A stretch of DNA of 64,000 bases, from contig NEEC01000007.1 in assembly GCA_002189035.1 (NCBI GenBank), positions 2,914,001 to 2,978,000 on the forward strand. The letters run 5' to 3'. The notes under the pieces were generated by a model. It had not been told where the DNA came from, did not search any database, and was given only the letters and a program-made list of their open reading frames with translations. Made by a program: the position numbers and the translations under genes. The stretch is from Utricularia gibba. Lineage: Eukaryota; Plantae; Magnoliophyta. Position 1 is the first letter of the stretch; every line of letters starts with the position of its first letter. Of this stretch, positions 46,031-60,330 are shown one piece after another.

Positions 46031-46523
46031 TGAAATGATTATGATTTATAAATATTTAAAATGAAAAAAACAAAACAAATTTTGTTTCATTAAAAAAGTT
46101 GCATATTATTTTTGAGAAATATAATTAGACAAATTTTATAAATATTTTATAATTAATTGGTTCTTTTAAAAAATATGCTTTTCAAAAAAAAATTCTTAAT
46201 ATTTAAAATATAAATAAACTATTAAATATTAGTTAAGATTTAGGTTATAATAAAAGTAACTAGTTTTACTAAAATAAATATTAACATAAAAAAATAAAAT
46301 CAATCAATTAACATTTCAATTTTTTTCATTAAATACAATTAATAGATATGATTTTTATATTTTATTTTATACATTTAAAATGGATATAAACATTTTATAA
46401 AAAACACTATAATTCTATAAATAACGTATATAATTTATGCTTAATTATCAATATTATAAAACATAATAATCAATATTTTTTTGTAAGATGTTATTAAAAT
46501 AATCGATTTTCGGAAAAAATTAG

Positions 46524-46549
46524 ATATATATATATATATATATATATAT
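46524..46549. repeat. (AT)13 microsatellite
   Basis: Seen directly. Confidence 0.95.
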
Positions 46550-46761
46550 TTGAAAATTAAGAATGAAATATTTTAATTAAAATCATAAATTATTTATATT
46601 GAAATTTAAATGATAAATTTATTTAAAAAATATAATATAATATGTTCATTAACAATAGTAAGTGTAATATAAATTTAATTTGATAAATTTGGAAATTAAG
46701 TATATTACAAATGTATATATAAATTTAAGTAATTGGAGTTAAATTCCTAATTCAGCCGTGG

Positions 46762-47238
46762 TGTTCTCGATATTGTCTCCCGGATCAATTTCGTCGCCAC
46801 CGACTCCAACTAGTTTTCCTTCTCCCTCAATTCCTCCCATCGCACCGTCGAAATCCGAAGCCCTTCTCGCCTTCTTACCCTCTTTACAACCTTCAATTTC
46901 ACTGCCATTTTCCTCGTCCTCATCAATTCCATCAGATATTTGCACTTCTGACAGAGTCAACTCATCGGCAGCGGCACTTGAGTCGTCGGAGTACCACATT
47001 TCAGAATCATTCTCCAGTGCTTCTTGCTTCGCGAAATCAATATGGGTAAATAAAACAGGGTCACTATCTACACCCTGCAACGGGTCTAGCAGCGATTTCG
47101 AACTCGATTTCTTCACTGCACTTGACGCGACGGCGGAGGCGAAGGTAAGAATGACTGAAAATCATCATCATTAGTATCCATCTGCAGCTGCCTATCTGTC
47201 TTTCGTCTACAAAATCCTGGCACACGAGATGAAGCTTG
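46762..47238 (-). pseudogene. Truncated duplicate of the 5' UTR and exon 1 of the MRC1-like gene
   Basis: Co-linear with 43141-43636; ATG at 47181; a 19-nt deletion (acgcttgagacgccgaaac) causes a frameshift; similarity ends abruptly on both sides. Confidence 0.92.
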
Positions 47239-47386
47239 TTTACGTGCCATTGCTTAAAATTGCCTACTTTTTTTCTTATGTAGGCCGTCATAAATTTTCC
47301 TCTTTGGGAAGCTAACACTGCTGTCTGGTTCGTGTGACTCTGAGCACAGGGTTGCTGTATATTGCTCGGAGCTTGGCATGAGCTAC

Positions 47387-49140
47387 ATGGTGAGCCTTTC
47401 ACCGTTGTGCTTGATATTCTCATCTTGTTTTTATTAGATTGTTTTTCTTATATATGTATCAGCCATCAAAGTTATCCTTAATCTGCAGAAGCAAAGAGAA
47501 CCGTCAGATTTGCATGTGAATGTTGCGGTAGACAGACTCAGTAACTTACCAGGTCATATAATAGACAAGATTCTATCTTGCTTGTCGTTGGGAGATGCCG
47601 TTCGAACGAGTATCTTGTCACAAAAGTGGAGATACAAATGGGTTACATTGCCTAGCCTTGTTTTTGATAATCAGTCAGTTTCAGTGTCTAGCCAAGATCA
47701 AACAATCGTAAAGAAACTTGTGAACATCATCGACCATGTTCTGCTGCTTCATAGTGAGCCTATACATAAATTTAAACTTTCTCATAGGGACCTTCAAGGT
47801 ATTACTGATATTGATAGATGGATCCTGTTTCTGTCAAGGGTTCTGTCAAGGAATTCATTCTTGAAATATGGAAGGGCCATAGATACAAGCTTCCGTACTC
47901 CATGTACTCTTGTCAAAAGCTGATTCATTTGGAACTTTTTAATTGCCTTTTGAAACCTCCACCCAATTTCAATGGCTTTAAAAGCTTGAAGAGTCTTGAT
48001 CTTCAGCACATCACCATGGATCAATCGGCCTTTGCACATATGATATCAAATTGCCCTGAGCTTGAGCGACTGACCATAATGAACTTTGATGGGTTTACCC
48101 TTCTTAACATACATGCCCCTAATCTCCTTTTCTTTGATGTTGGAGGCGTTTTTGAGGATATTAGTTTCCAGGATGCCTTTCATTTGGCTGTTGTATCAAT
48201 TGCATTGTATGTGAATACTGGATTTGATAGGAAACTTGCTTTTGGAAGCAGCTCGAACCTTGTCAAGTTTTTCTCTTCGCTGCCACATATTCAAAGGCTT
48301 GAGATTCAAAATTTCTTCCTGAAGGTATGACTCTCTTTGTGTGCCTCCAATTCTCTGCTAATTTTTCTTTGTTTTTACATTTCTATTTCTCTGCCATCAC
48401 CAATATCCCCAGCACTTTCGGTTTTGCGTTCTTTTTCGTTTAGGATTTTGGTAAACAGAAAACTTTCAAGAACCCCGACCCCGACTTGCTCCAACCTACC
48501 ATGGGCTTGTTCATTACATGCTTTTGCATCCTAGATTTTCGTTACAGTTTGTGTCCTTGTCAAATTGTAAAATATGTATGCGGATCATTTATGCTTATGC
48601 TGGAGCCTTTTCTTTTCCAGTATTTGGCTGCTGGTAATATACCCGTGGAACTCCCCACCCCCTGTGCTAACCTAAGCTTCTTATCGATCCGCATCAACTT
48701 CAATGAAATTTCGGAGAATCTAGCTGCCCTCTGCCTCCTCAGGAGCTCTCCTAACCTTCAAGAGCTTGAGATTCTGGTACCTCACATCCCACCGCATGAT
48801 CCATCCTCCCCGGTTGAATCTAGTGCTGAAAACTGGTGCTTTTCCATGTTCCCTTACCCAGGTCCGCACCGAGGAACAGGTTCTAGCGAGATCGCCCTCC
48901 GGAAGCCTGGACAGCTACTACGACTTCCCGTTTTTCCGACTCCGGGTGATGAAGATCGTGGGAGTTTCTGGGACGAGGCAGGAACTGGACTTCATGAAAT
49001 TCATTCTTGAGAGTGCCCCTGTACTTGAAAAGGTGAGCGTGAAGCCTGCTTCAAGTGAATGCGGATGGGACCTAGCCAAGGAGCTGCTTCGGTTCAAACG
49101 GGCATCCATGTTTGCTGAAATCGTGTACGTTGAGCCTTGA
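47387..49140 (+). CDS. F-box/LRR/FBD protein, 4 exons; apparent 1-nt frameshift at 47838-47840
   Basis: ATG|GTGAG micro-exon (47387-47389), F-box DRLSNLPGHIIDKILSCLSLGDAVRTSILSQKWRYKW, LRR-like repeats, and FBD RQELDFMKFILESAPVLEKV...LLRFKRAS. Confidence 0.9.
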
Positions 49141-49818
49141 AAAAGGTGCCGTGTACGGTCCAACAGTTGGGTGTGTGTACATGAACAAGTAAGCTAGGGC
49201 AGTGCACGGAAAGAAATAGAACTTGCCTCATTAGTCTCAATTTATTTTAATTGTAAAAATGATTTCCACTTTCTGTACTATCTATTTTCACTTTGGATAT
49301 ATCCATCAACATAGTAGGAACATAATTGTTTACCTACATAATCCAATGCAAAAATGGTACTGATGTTGTAGTTTTGAAAAGCATAAAATATGGCAAATCA
49401 ATGATCTCTTACATGTAATAATAAATCATCATTGAAATCAATCAATGAAATAATCGCAAAAATCCTTGATCATTGGGGCTCAGGTATGGCACACTTGAAG
49501 CTATAACATTTTCTTTCAAAGGCAAGAAGCATGCGACAATACGATCGATTCTTGGGCTCACAGCTTTCTACATGTGCAAGAAGATCTTCAGACACACAAG
49601 AGTTCACGACATAAATCTGATGAGCAAGCAAGCAACATGTGCAAACACCAATCAGCAATTCCGCAGAAACTGGTGAAAAAGTGACAACCTCAAACCTATA
49701 AAAGACGCTTCTTCCTTAACATATTTCTCCCCGATGAAAAGGCTGAGAGTTTCACTGACACCCAGAGTTAGTTTTGCATGCCATTATCCACACAATCTCT
49801 CTCGCAATCCCACCATTG

Positions 49819-50312
49819 CTAGATCATTATCTTCGGTGCTGGCACATCAGAATTCTCTTCATCACCTGGAATGTGGGATAGATTTGATTAAAAAATGACC
49901 AAACCGAGCCCAAGGACAGATAACGTTGCAGTAATTAAGAAAAAACCCCCAACTTTTTTTGAGTTGAAGAGGGAGACAAATGTAAGCAATGAGTGAAGTC
50001 ATGATTTTCAAGCACAGAAACAAAAATCTAAGTACCAGGAGGCACAGCGACAATGGCTTCGCCATATATAGACTTAAGGGTAGAGAGGGGAACAAGAGGG
50101 TTCGCCTCAACCTCCGTGAACAGTTTCTGTTTCCATCCCCAGATGGAGTTCTTGATGCACTTATTTTTTTGAACGAGTGATTCCTTCTCCGCCTCCAGCC
50201 CCTCGATAATTCGCTGCTGCCCGAATGATCTCACTGCCAAAGCACCAAATAATCCTACCAATGCCGCGTTGACGACGACGTTGCTGTTCATCGCGCCCAA
50301 TATCCGCTCCAT
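49819..50312 (-). CDS. Small conserved uncharacterised plant membrane/coiled-coil protein, 2 exons
   Basis: MERILGAMNSNVVVNAALVGLFGALAVRSFGQQRIIEGLEAEKESLVQKNKCIKNSIWGWKQKLF..LSTLKSIYGE / GDEENSDVPAPKIMI*, with consistent splice phase. Confidence 0.8.
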
Positions 50313-50744
50313 TCTTTCGGCCACCGGACGTATCAACTTTGATTTTTCTACCTATAATCGATTGATCCAATCAACTTTCGTCTCTGCGAAACTTATTGCC
50401 CTCCAGACCTAAAACGCAAGATACTAGATTTCGTGGTGCAACCGCAGTAGCCGAAGAAAACAATTCGACGGTCACAACCAGAGCAAATACCTACCTTATT
50501 TTGGGTTGATGCTTAACGCCCAGACATCATACTTTGAGAATCCATGTGCGATTTGACAGTCCAGTCTTCGAGTAAAGCGGTGTGCGGGTGGGGTTGAATA
50601 GGGTTGAAGCTGAGTCTACTTCGCACACACGGTACAGAGTGTAGTTGAGCGAATGGGAGCTATCGAAGTGCGCGTCGTCGTAGAGACACCGAAGTAAGGC
50701 TTTGGGAAGCTCGGTAACAGGCGTGAGGTTAGGTTAAGAGTGTC

Positions 50745-50915
50745 TGTGTTGGGTTCTGATTGTGCCCGGCGGGTTGCGGGCCAAACCCGGTCCAACGGGC
50801 CCAAATGTAGTTTGGATCTACCGACCCCCGCGGTTTTGTTCAAAACCCGCCCAAAGTCGTGGGCCGATCATAGGTTTATGGGTTTGCGGGTTAGACCAGT
50901 CCAAAATTTGAAAAA
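50745..50915. mobile_element. Probable hAT-type subterminal repeat or MITE remnant
   Basis: GC-rich cluster of CGGG/AACCCG/GGGCC motifs in an AT-rich context; no clear TIR or TSD. Confidence 0.35.
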
Positions 50916-51599
50916 AAATATCAAATTATATTAAATAATTAAATCTAATAAGATGATGCCTCTAATTTTATTAATTTACGAGAAATACCATATTATAAGC
51001 CTAAAAATCTTCAAAATTAAAAATAAAAATATAGCAAAAAGAAAAATCTAATGTCTATATTAAAATTTCATATCAATGATAATGTTTATATCGAATAACC
51101 AAGAGCAATTCGCCATCTTCCCATCATATCTTCTTATCTCATCAAATATCAAATAATAATTGTAAATAAGATGGTTGTAATATCAGTTGATTTTAAAGAA
51201 ATTTAAAAACATAGAGTTGCTTTGAAAAAATATTAACTCAAAATAAACATAACAAAAACTCTTATTGCATCATACTATTCTTATTCTTCATACTCATTTT
51301 CTGAATTTGATTTATAATCTTTTAATTTTTTTCCTTCTTAAAACGTCATTTGAATTCCTCAAATATACACATGCCTCCAAAGTATTAGAAGTAGGTTTTA
51401 ATCTTTTTAGTAAGCATTCTTCTATTAACAATAAAAGTACTTTCCAATGGCACGATTAAAAATACCTCATAAAAATTAATAGTCAAATATGGATATTTAA
51501 ATAAATATTTTAATAACTAATTTTATAAAGTGACAATTTTTAAAAAAATCAATCTATATATGATAAGTGAAATTCATAAAAGAGATTAAAAGAATATCA

Positions 51600-52210
51600 A
51601 TAAAACTCAAAACACAAAGAATTTTGGCACCTTTTGCTATCAAGGTATCACAAGTTCGTGGTTTTCACTCTAGGGGATCGAATGATTGCTTAGCAAAAGG
51701 TGTTCAAAATTTATTCCTAAGTAATCCTACAAAAAAAACTCACTTCTAAAGCAAGAATTGATGAAATGCAATCGGTTGAGATGTGCAAAATCGAACATGC
51801 TCTAGGCATGCTTGCATGGAATTCATGTAACATGACATATACAATTAGTAATCAAACACTTATGATGTACAGTGCATTGATTGGATAGAAACTCCATTCA
51901 TGAACTCACTTGAATACTACCTACCATTTATGATGTGAACAAAGACGTCAATAAATATTGAGTTGATAACACCTATCATTGCATTAATATGCATCATCAC
52001 TTCATTTAATGGTCCCTGTTGAGAAAATTAAATAGCGAATGCATCATTAATCTAACGAGTATGTCAAAGGAGCAGTAGATTGTGCTCATTCTTCAATGTA
52101 GCCTTGAGCAACTCAACATTATTGTTTAGAAATATTTCACAATTTAATTGGGAAACAAAATATGTCCTACACTACATGCTTGTATTCATTCCATGTATAA
52201 CTTCTTATGC
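51600..52210 (+). mobile_element. PIF/Harbinger transposase remnant
   Basis: Degenerate blocks YDVNKDVNKY*VDNTY, KGAVDCA and LHACI, in the order expected for YYLADGIYP, RKDVERAFG and ACIILHN. Confidence 0.4.
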
Positions 52211-52865
52211 TTTCAATTAGTTGAGTTGTCTTTCAGTTTGCTCTTACAACTTTATATATAACGTTCACAATTGATGTTTTTAGTACTTTGGATAGAGCCA
52301 CATTATTCATGAGATGATGATATAGTGTCTTGTTTGAATATGTGGAATCAAATGGTGAAACACTAAAAAAAAAAAAGTCAAGTTCCATTATCTAACATGA
52401 TGCAAAGTGTGTTTTAATTCTATTATGAAATGCTCATATCAATACTCAATTTTTTAAAAGATTACATCCAATTTTCTTAAATTCCATTGCGTATAAAAAA
52501 TAACACATATTTTGTTAGTATTGCAGTTTATGAAATTAGTATGTTTTCTTGTGAAATTAGATGTTTTTTTTTATGTGAATTCTAGTGTTTTTGAAATTTT
52601 ACTAGTATTATTATTTTTATGTTTTAAAATGAACTAAATCAATTATTTTACTTTTATGACAAATGTTCTTGAGATTTAGCAGTAGATTTTCTAAAAATCA
52701 ATAAGTAAATTCCCACGTGAACTGTAGCATGAAACCCAAGGGGAGGGGGAATTATTATTTGAAATGAAAAAGTATATTATGATACACCTTCTAAATGTGT
52801 GATATAGTTGGCCAAAGATGTGAGAGCGTCTTGTCTTTGCTCCACTATTTGTTCATTTATGCAAT

Positions 52866-53963
52866 TGATGAACGTTAAAACTTGGTGCTAAATATCATGC
52901 TCTAGCATGTTCAATATATCAAAAGTAAATTTAGAAAACCTAACTATTCTACTACACAAATCATAAAAATTAATATAATTTGGCAACCAAAGATCGAATG
53001 TACAGGGAATAGTTGCAATTTCTTGAAGACCTTTATATTTACTGAAAATATGGGGTTTCTGGGGGGTTTAGCTCTTATGCGTGTGAGATAAAATAACAAC
53101 AATTGAAATAAACAAATTATAGGAGTGAATGAACACACAAAATAACAGAGATGCGTAGAAAATGTAAAGTAAAAATGAGTTACCTAGGTTTTACACTAGG
53201 ATCTGTTCCTTGTGTCACTCAAAAGAGCACATAGACTTAAATCCAATTTTTTCATGCCAAAAACAGTGTAAAATGGTAGCATAAATAATAGACATGTTAA
53301 ACTCTAAAATTAAAGACTGAAGAACTCAAATATAAATAAGTTCATAAGCTAAAATAAAGTTTACATGAGGTTTCCTGTTGACATCCAAGTGCCACAAATG
53401 TAAGGAAAGCATGAAAATGCAGGAAATACAGGTACACTTTCAAAGTCGAAATAGAAAGCCAGGAAAAGAAAATAAAAGTATCAGGATGCTTTGGTGGGTT
53501 GCAGATTTGCTAGATTTGAAGATTTCGGATAGAAATATGGTCTAGAAGTGTAGATCTGGGAAGTGCCGGAGCAGTTCGCTGGAGAACCAACGTTCTCCTC
53601 GCTTCCTACTCCTCACTATTCGCTTTCTTTTCCTGCTCAAAGGAAGTGCATCTTTGTCTTTTCAGAAGGCGTCTATTTCGGTGAAGAGGAACTTTTCCTC
53701 GGCTTTTTCTATCCTTTTTGACTTGTCAATATGAAAAATACACCACCAATTCTAACTCTTATCGTATTAAAACTTAGACACGAACTAGAGGAAAATATTA
53801 GAGTTTTCGAATTAATTGTTTACAATTGAACCTATTTTCATTATAAACACATTTCTATCGACTAGATACATAAAATGGAAGCAAGTAGACACACAAAACA
53901 AATTTTATCATATAAAACATCCCTAAAAACACATACAACAATGCAATAAAAATGGTGTTATCA
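52866..53963 (-). mobile_element. Athila-like solo LTR, second copy
   Basis: Termini TGATG...GTTATCA, TSD gcaat/acaat (4/5), co-linear with 11427-12656. Confidence 0.82.
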
Positions 53964-56900
53964 ACAATTACCAAGTGTTATTAGTTGTATCAATGTTTAT
54001 GTGAATTATATTGCCTTGGATGAATGTGGTGGAATGAAATAGTTTTATCATCCATTAGTTTTCAACAATAGTTATTTAATATCATTTTTTCAACAAAATT
54101 GTTTGTTGAAGAATATTGATTTTTATATCATTCCTAAATCATCATTCACCAACTTATTGATAGGCTTAGATATGGAAGAAGCAAGTACTACTTATACTCT
54201 TATTATGATTTTATGCTTTCAAAATTGAAACCACTGCTATAATGTTTAGAAGAATGGTATAAAATATTTGATTTTCTATGTATTGAAAAGTTGGGATGGA
54301 AGATGTACCCATTGATGGTGATGGTGTTGATTCAAATGAGCATAGAAATAATAGAGACTATAATACAAATTATGTTATGTTTATGAAATTTATATTATTT
54401 TAGCATATGATATATTTTGCTCATTTTTGTACTTTAATATAATGTTGTTTATGTAGAGATTGAGGGTTTATCAATTGATGGCAATGGTGTAATGTTTAAA
54501 TAGTATATAAGTAATAATGATCTTGATTTAGAATCTGATATTCACATGGGGTCACATTCACTTAGTGAGGATGACATTTTATGAGATAGTGTCGAAGCCA
54601 TTGATTGTGATAATGAAATTGGGTGTGAAGCAGATATACTTACAAACCCACCACGTATAATTGATTATTTTGTGAAATCCACTAGATGGAATTATTTTGA
54701 TGGTCATGCTTGTGAACCCCACCCACGAATGAGCATATTTCAAGAATAAGTAACAAATGAAAAAAGTTTTATCTTCTTATGCAGTCCATATCTTGAAGTG
54801 TGTCTTTATTGTCTACAAGAATCGTAATTTGGAATATGAAATTCATTCTTGTCAAAGAAAGAATGATGAGAAATGCATGTGAAGAATTATTGTGATACAC
54901 AACAAAGTCACATAATATTATATTGTAAATATGTATACATTAGTTTTAATATTATAAAACAATTTGTTAAATTTGAAACTTTATTTATTATCTTATTTTC
55001 CAAAGAAAAATAATTTACAAATTGTAAAGCACTATTGCAACATTATTATTTGTAAGTAATTGTGTAATTATGAATAATTAGTAGTTGCATGCATTAATTC
55101 TATTTTATAATATAATATTATCAATTTTAAAAAGAAAGAAGGAAAATCTAAAAAATCCAAGAGGATTAGACAGAGTAAGAAAGATTAAAATAAAAAAAAT
55201 GGATGAAATTAAATAATAAAATAATGAATATGGGAAGTTGTAAAAATATGAGTTATTATGAAAGTTATTAACAAATTAAAGGTAAAAAAAGAATTAATTA
55301 AAAATATTAATACACTAAAAGACAAAATTAGTTAGGATTGAGAATGAGTTTCCAAAAACACAGTTAATCATGTAATTTTTCCCTTTGTGCATGCCTTATT
55401 GAATCATCTATATAAAAATGATAAACGAAAAATATTGCAACGTTGTTAAATTGTAAATTTTCCTATTAAATAAAATTTATGATCTTTATGCACATTCTAG
55501 CATAATATACTTATGAGTATAGTGATTAGGGTCGAACACGAAGAGTAGATATTTTTCATGTGATTATTAATGCATGTAATTAGTGTCACATTGATAGAAT
55601 TAGTCTGAATTAGGACTAAGACAGATTTACAATAAAGTACCGCAAAGAAAATTAAACTTTTGAACTCGGTTGTGACTAAGATGAGATGGTGGTGCCTTGA
55701 GACTCTTAACATTAACATGCAAAGTGCTACAACTTTTACTTCTAAACCATAGGTCATTCATATAACAAGTAAAGGCCTCAGTCTACCCTAATTTTTATTG
55801 TCCCTAATTTTTTATCTAACTTCAATTATGGTTACTCTAATGAGCTTCACTACTTCCTTCTCCTGTATCTATCATAGTTTGTAAGGAAATAATATGACAC
55901 TTGGTGAATTTGATTTAGTGAACAACAAATTTGTTAGCCCTTTTATCCCAAGGCACCACCAGGTGCTTTAGCCATGTTAAAAGAAAAGAAAGCATTTTCA
56001 TAACTTATCCTAAACAACATAATGTTCTCGAAGTTAAACAACAACAAATAATACATATAGTAAAACTATAACTATTCTCAGCTAGAACTAGTGTTTTTCA
56101 AGAGTGGAAGAAATCTTCGAAAAGAAGCTTGTTCTTCTGGATCGTCCTTCTCGTCTCCCATTTGTTCTTGGAGTTTTCATCAAAAGAGGAAATGATTGCA
56201 AACGTATAAGGTTTGAAAAAGAAGAAAGCAATAGGTGATTTATTTTCATCAACCCTAAGGAAAGAAAATAATGTTTTGGAAAGTTTTATAGATTGTGAAA
56301 GAGAGAGAATGAGATAGAACTAGATGTGAGAGGAGAAACCGTATTCAACAGAAGATTAAAGTATTCATTTTCAATATTATGATTCATAGTTAAAAATGTC
56401 ATTGCATAAATATAGTTTATCTAATCTATATTTTTAGGATTTGAAGATTTTCTCCTTTTTACTCATCACTTTAGTTTTCGAAGTTGTGATTATGGATGTC
56501 TTTAGTTTCATTTTATTAAATTATTTTTGGGATGAATAGCTGAGTTAGACGTAATGCTTCAAGAAAAAGGGGATTAATGTTCAAATCATGTTTTGCATAT
56601 ATTTTCCTAACATATATTTGCATAGAATTCACGCAACATGAGCACAGTAATAATTGCCAACTATTAGTGTGCTCATGCATTTTTCTTAACATAGAATCAT
56701 ACATAAAAAAGGAGAAGAAAAAAAAACCCAACTATTTTAGAAAAACCAAGTTGGAGTTAGATAATTGATTTGGAACATAATTACATATGTGATTTTTTTG
56801 ATAGAAATCGATGGAGTCGAGTAAAGATAATCTTATTAATCGTATGAAATGATAGTCAAGGAAACTTAAGTAAATAAACATAAAAAAATTAATTATAATT

Positions 56901-58329
56901 TGTTTAATTAGACTTATGCTATCTCAAACTAGTTTGTATATTAGAATTTTCGGACAATAGATTGAGAATGGAATCCCATGAAATCCAAAAACTTCAGATT
57001 CATATTATTTGAATTAGTATTTAACCCTCCTATCTCATTACTTTTATTTTGATTGTTGGTATTAAGTCTCTCATAGTTTTACCTAAAAATAAAATTATAT
57101 TTCACCTTATAAATCCATAAATCTTTATACATAAATACCAATTCATTAAGTTCAATCTTTAAACTATAACGTATATTTTGTTTAATTTATATTTCATGAG
57201 GATTAGAATTTGGTTTAAAACAACATTACAAAATCTTCATTTATCAATCGACTCGTTTTCCGTTAAGAAAACATCGTAGTTTGTATCTAGAGTTGTTGTA
57301 AGAACCAATTTTCTATTCACTTTTATCACATGATTACCATCTATTCAAATGAGATCAAATTGTTGGAAACCACTTTACTTGTTATATATATCCATGCAAA
57401 ATAACATTACTCAAATTAACCAAGTACATCTAAATTTTTTCGGATGCATACTTTTATGTAGATGTATATATATCTAAAGCGGTAATATTTCTAAAAATGT
57501 CCACAATAATCCCCTAATTAAGGTGTGTAAATTCACACTTACAATTTTCTAATATTGGAGAAATCAGTAATGGCAATGTAGTTGAAGTATTGACATGTTT
57601 GCTGTCATGCATATCATATTTTATTTGTCAAGATCTTTACTCTAAATTTCGCTTCAATATCACCATTCGTAATGTGGTACACAGTATGGCTATAGAGTGT
57701 GTGATGTGATGCATTGTATGGCTACTAAATTTGGCATATAGTGTTACTGTAACTTATTTTGGTTGTTAGTATGATAAATGATATTTTTATCTATTTTCTA
57801 AATTCATTATAAAATGTTTCGTTATATTTCAATTACCTATGAAACATCACTAAATGTTATTGAGTATTATCAAATGTGACTGAATATGGTAAAATGTTAT
57901 TAAGTAAAATGTTTTTTTCATTAAAAGAAAGAGTGAATAAATATAAGATAAGAATTATATATAAAGATTTCGTAAAAAACCATTTATCTCCAATAATGAA
58001 AATATCAAATTATTATGTAAAGAATTACTAAATTGTTTTGAATTGAAAATGTCATTTTAATAAACAATATAGCTTTTTCATCATTGAAATAAAACCCTGA
58101 TAAATTTTTTAATTATTTTAAAAGAGTAGAGATTAATTACATTAAATTTTTAAATAATAAAAATGAACATCTAGCTATTTTTGCAATTTTAATGGGGCTA
58201 ATAATAGATATGTGTATATATATAAACATTGTAATCTATATTTCTAATTAAGTCAATGGCCCAAAATACGATTCCATTTGTTCATGGCTCAATTCCTAGT
58301 AGACTTAAAACCAACTCACAAAATTTTTC

Positions 58330-60330
58330 AAGGACCCAAAACTAGAACCATGGTTTTTGCACGGTTCAGTTCCGAAACGGTTCTAATTCAATTCCAATTT
58401 GATTCCAAATAGAACCATAAAATTTGAAATTCACATTCAAAATTTTTCATCAATCCATAACAAAAATAAATATCTAACAACAAAATATTAGTATGTAAAA
58501 CCAATTTTTCAAAGATAACAAGTGGTATAAAAATTAAAATTACTCAAAACATCATTATTTAATCAATTAATAAAACTAAGTTATTCTTCAACATCTTCAA
58601 GTTCATCATCAATATTGTCTCCATCATCATTTTCATTAAAACTATCATGTTGTTTATCGCCTAACAACATAAAAAAGATGGTTTGTAAATGAAAAAATAT
58701 CAAGCATTAAAAATTAATATATTTATCCCCAATTTCATTCCACAATCAAACACGAGTACACATTAGTACTTCTAATATATCTTTATTAAGTTTACTACAT
58801 TTAGTCATAATTTTACCACCCACACTAAATGTAAATTCAGAGTCTATTGTAAATATTAGAATAGCTAAAATGTCATTAGCTATTTCTTTTGAACCCCCAT
58901 TAATGGAGCATCATGGTAAAACATTGAAATTTTCCATTTTTGTCGAAATCGGCTCTTTCAAGTATTAATCAATCTCTTATTAGATCTGGATTTGGATATA
59001 ACCAATTCATTTGCCCAAATTCATATTGCCACTTCTGGAGATATAACCATAATTTCCTTTATTTTCAAATGAATGCAGAGAACTTGAAGCATCAATTGTA
59101 TAATAGTTCAATAGCTTTTGATAATTTTTATTGCACTTTCTCAATTTTCAAATTAGCAGTGGTCCTATCATAAATTTTTGGAAGATAAAATTGAAAAAGT
59201 CTCATCTTATATGAAGGGCACAAAACTGATAAACATTGAAAATCAAGTGACAATATTCCCAATATTTAGAAAACTTTTCATGCATCATTGTTACCAAAGT
59301 AAAAATTAGACAGTCTTAACTTCTCATCCATTTATCAAGCTTAATCTTTATATCTTAAATTATGAAAAAGAACTCATTTGAAGTGCACTGAAGAATATGT
59401 GAAAACATCAATATTGCATCATAAAAAACTTTCAATACATCATAAATGCCTTCGCTTGTATGCCATGCTAGAACATATACAAATCTGTTGAAAACAAATA
59501 ATTAAATAAGATACACAATTATTATATTTATAAAGATCAAACATTTTAATTGTACTTAATAGACAACTCTTCAAGGTCCAAATTTCATAAATAAAATATT
59601 TAGTAATGGCCATGAATCATTTTTTGCTATCACTTGATATCCACATGTTCGTGATGATATAAATGTGACTTTTCATTTTTCAAATATCCAATAATATTTG
59701 TATTTGTAACTTGCATAAATCTTCTTAATATTTCTTTTAAGATAATGTCAAGGTATCATGTTGAATGCAGGATAGAAGGAGTAATAGAATTTCCTAAAGC
59801 TCAAATGATCTATCATATTTATAGGATAGTTGTGATAAAATAATGGCTTTGATAAGTTATTCTCTTGAAATGTTTTGATCATACTCATCCTTGTTTATAG
59901 CTCTATCTGTTCTCATCCTCAAAAGATATTGTTTAATATCATGTTGTCTTTTGTATCTTTCAAACAATTTGTCATGTAGAGTTTCTTCAAATGTGAAGTA
60001 CTATTATTTGTATATTTAGAAATTGTTTTCTTGCAATAATTACATTCAACCTATCATTTTTTTCTCTGTTCATCATGGAAGCATCTATAATGAATCTACC
60101 ATTCTAAGTTTAATTTCTTCTTTATACTCCCGTCGATTGTATCTTCATCATTTGCTTTTGAATCATCTACATTCTAATAGTGTAAATTATCACTATCTTT
60201 GCCTAGTTTCCTTTGTTGCAACATGAATTGAGGATAGTGATAGAATATAATTATCATTCAGAGGCTGATCTAAATTTATTTCCATGTCCGTCCATTTTTA
60301 GATGAATCAAAATCTGAAAAACATATAAAT
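58330..60330 (-). mobile_element. Degenerate hAT transposon with transposase remnants
   Basis: BED finger VECNYCKKTISKYTNNSTSHLK (about 59980-60055), TNMWISS..MAIT, dimerisation domain IANDILAILIFTIDSEFTFSVGG..LEVLMCTR (58750-58890), and GGTTC/GAACC subterminal repeats at 58340-58430. Ends are approximate. Confidence 0.72.

Noticed and set aside
54100-56500. Probable further TE debris, including an AGGGTCGAAC LTR-like motif near 55528
   Set aside because: No termini, TSD or translatable domain could be established.
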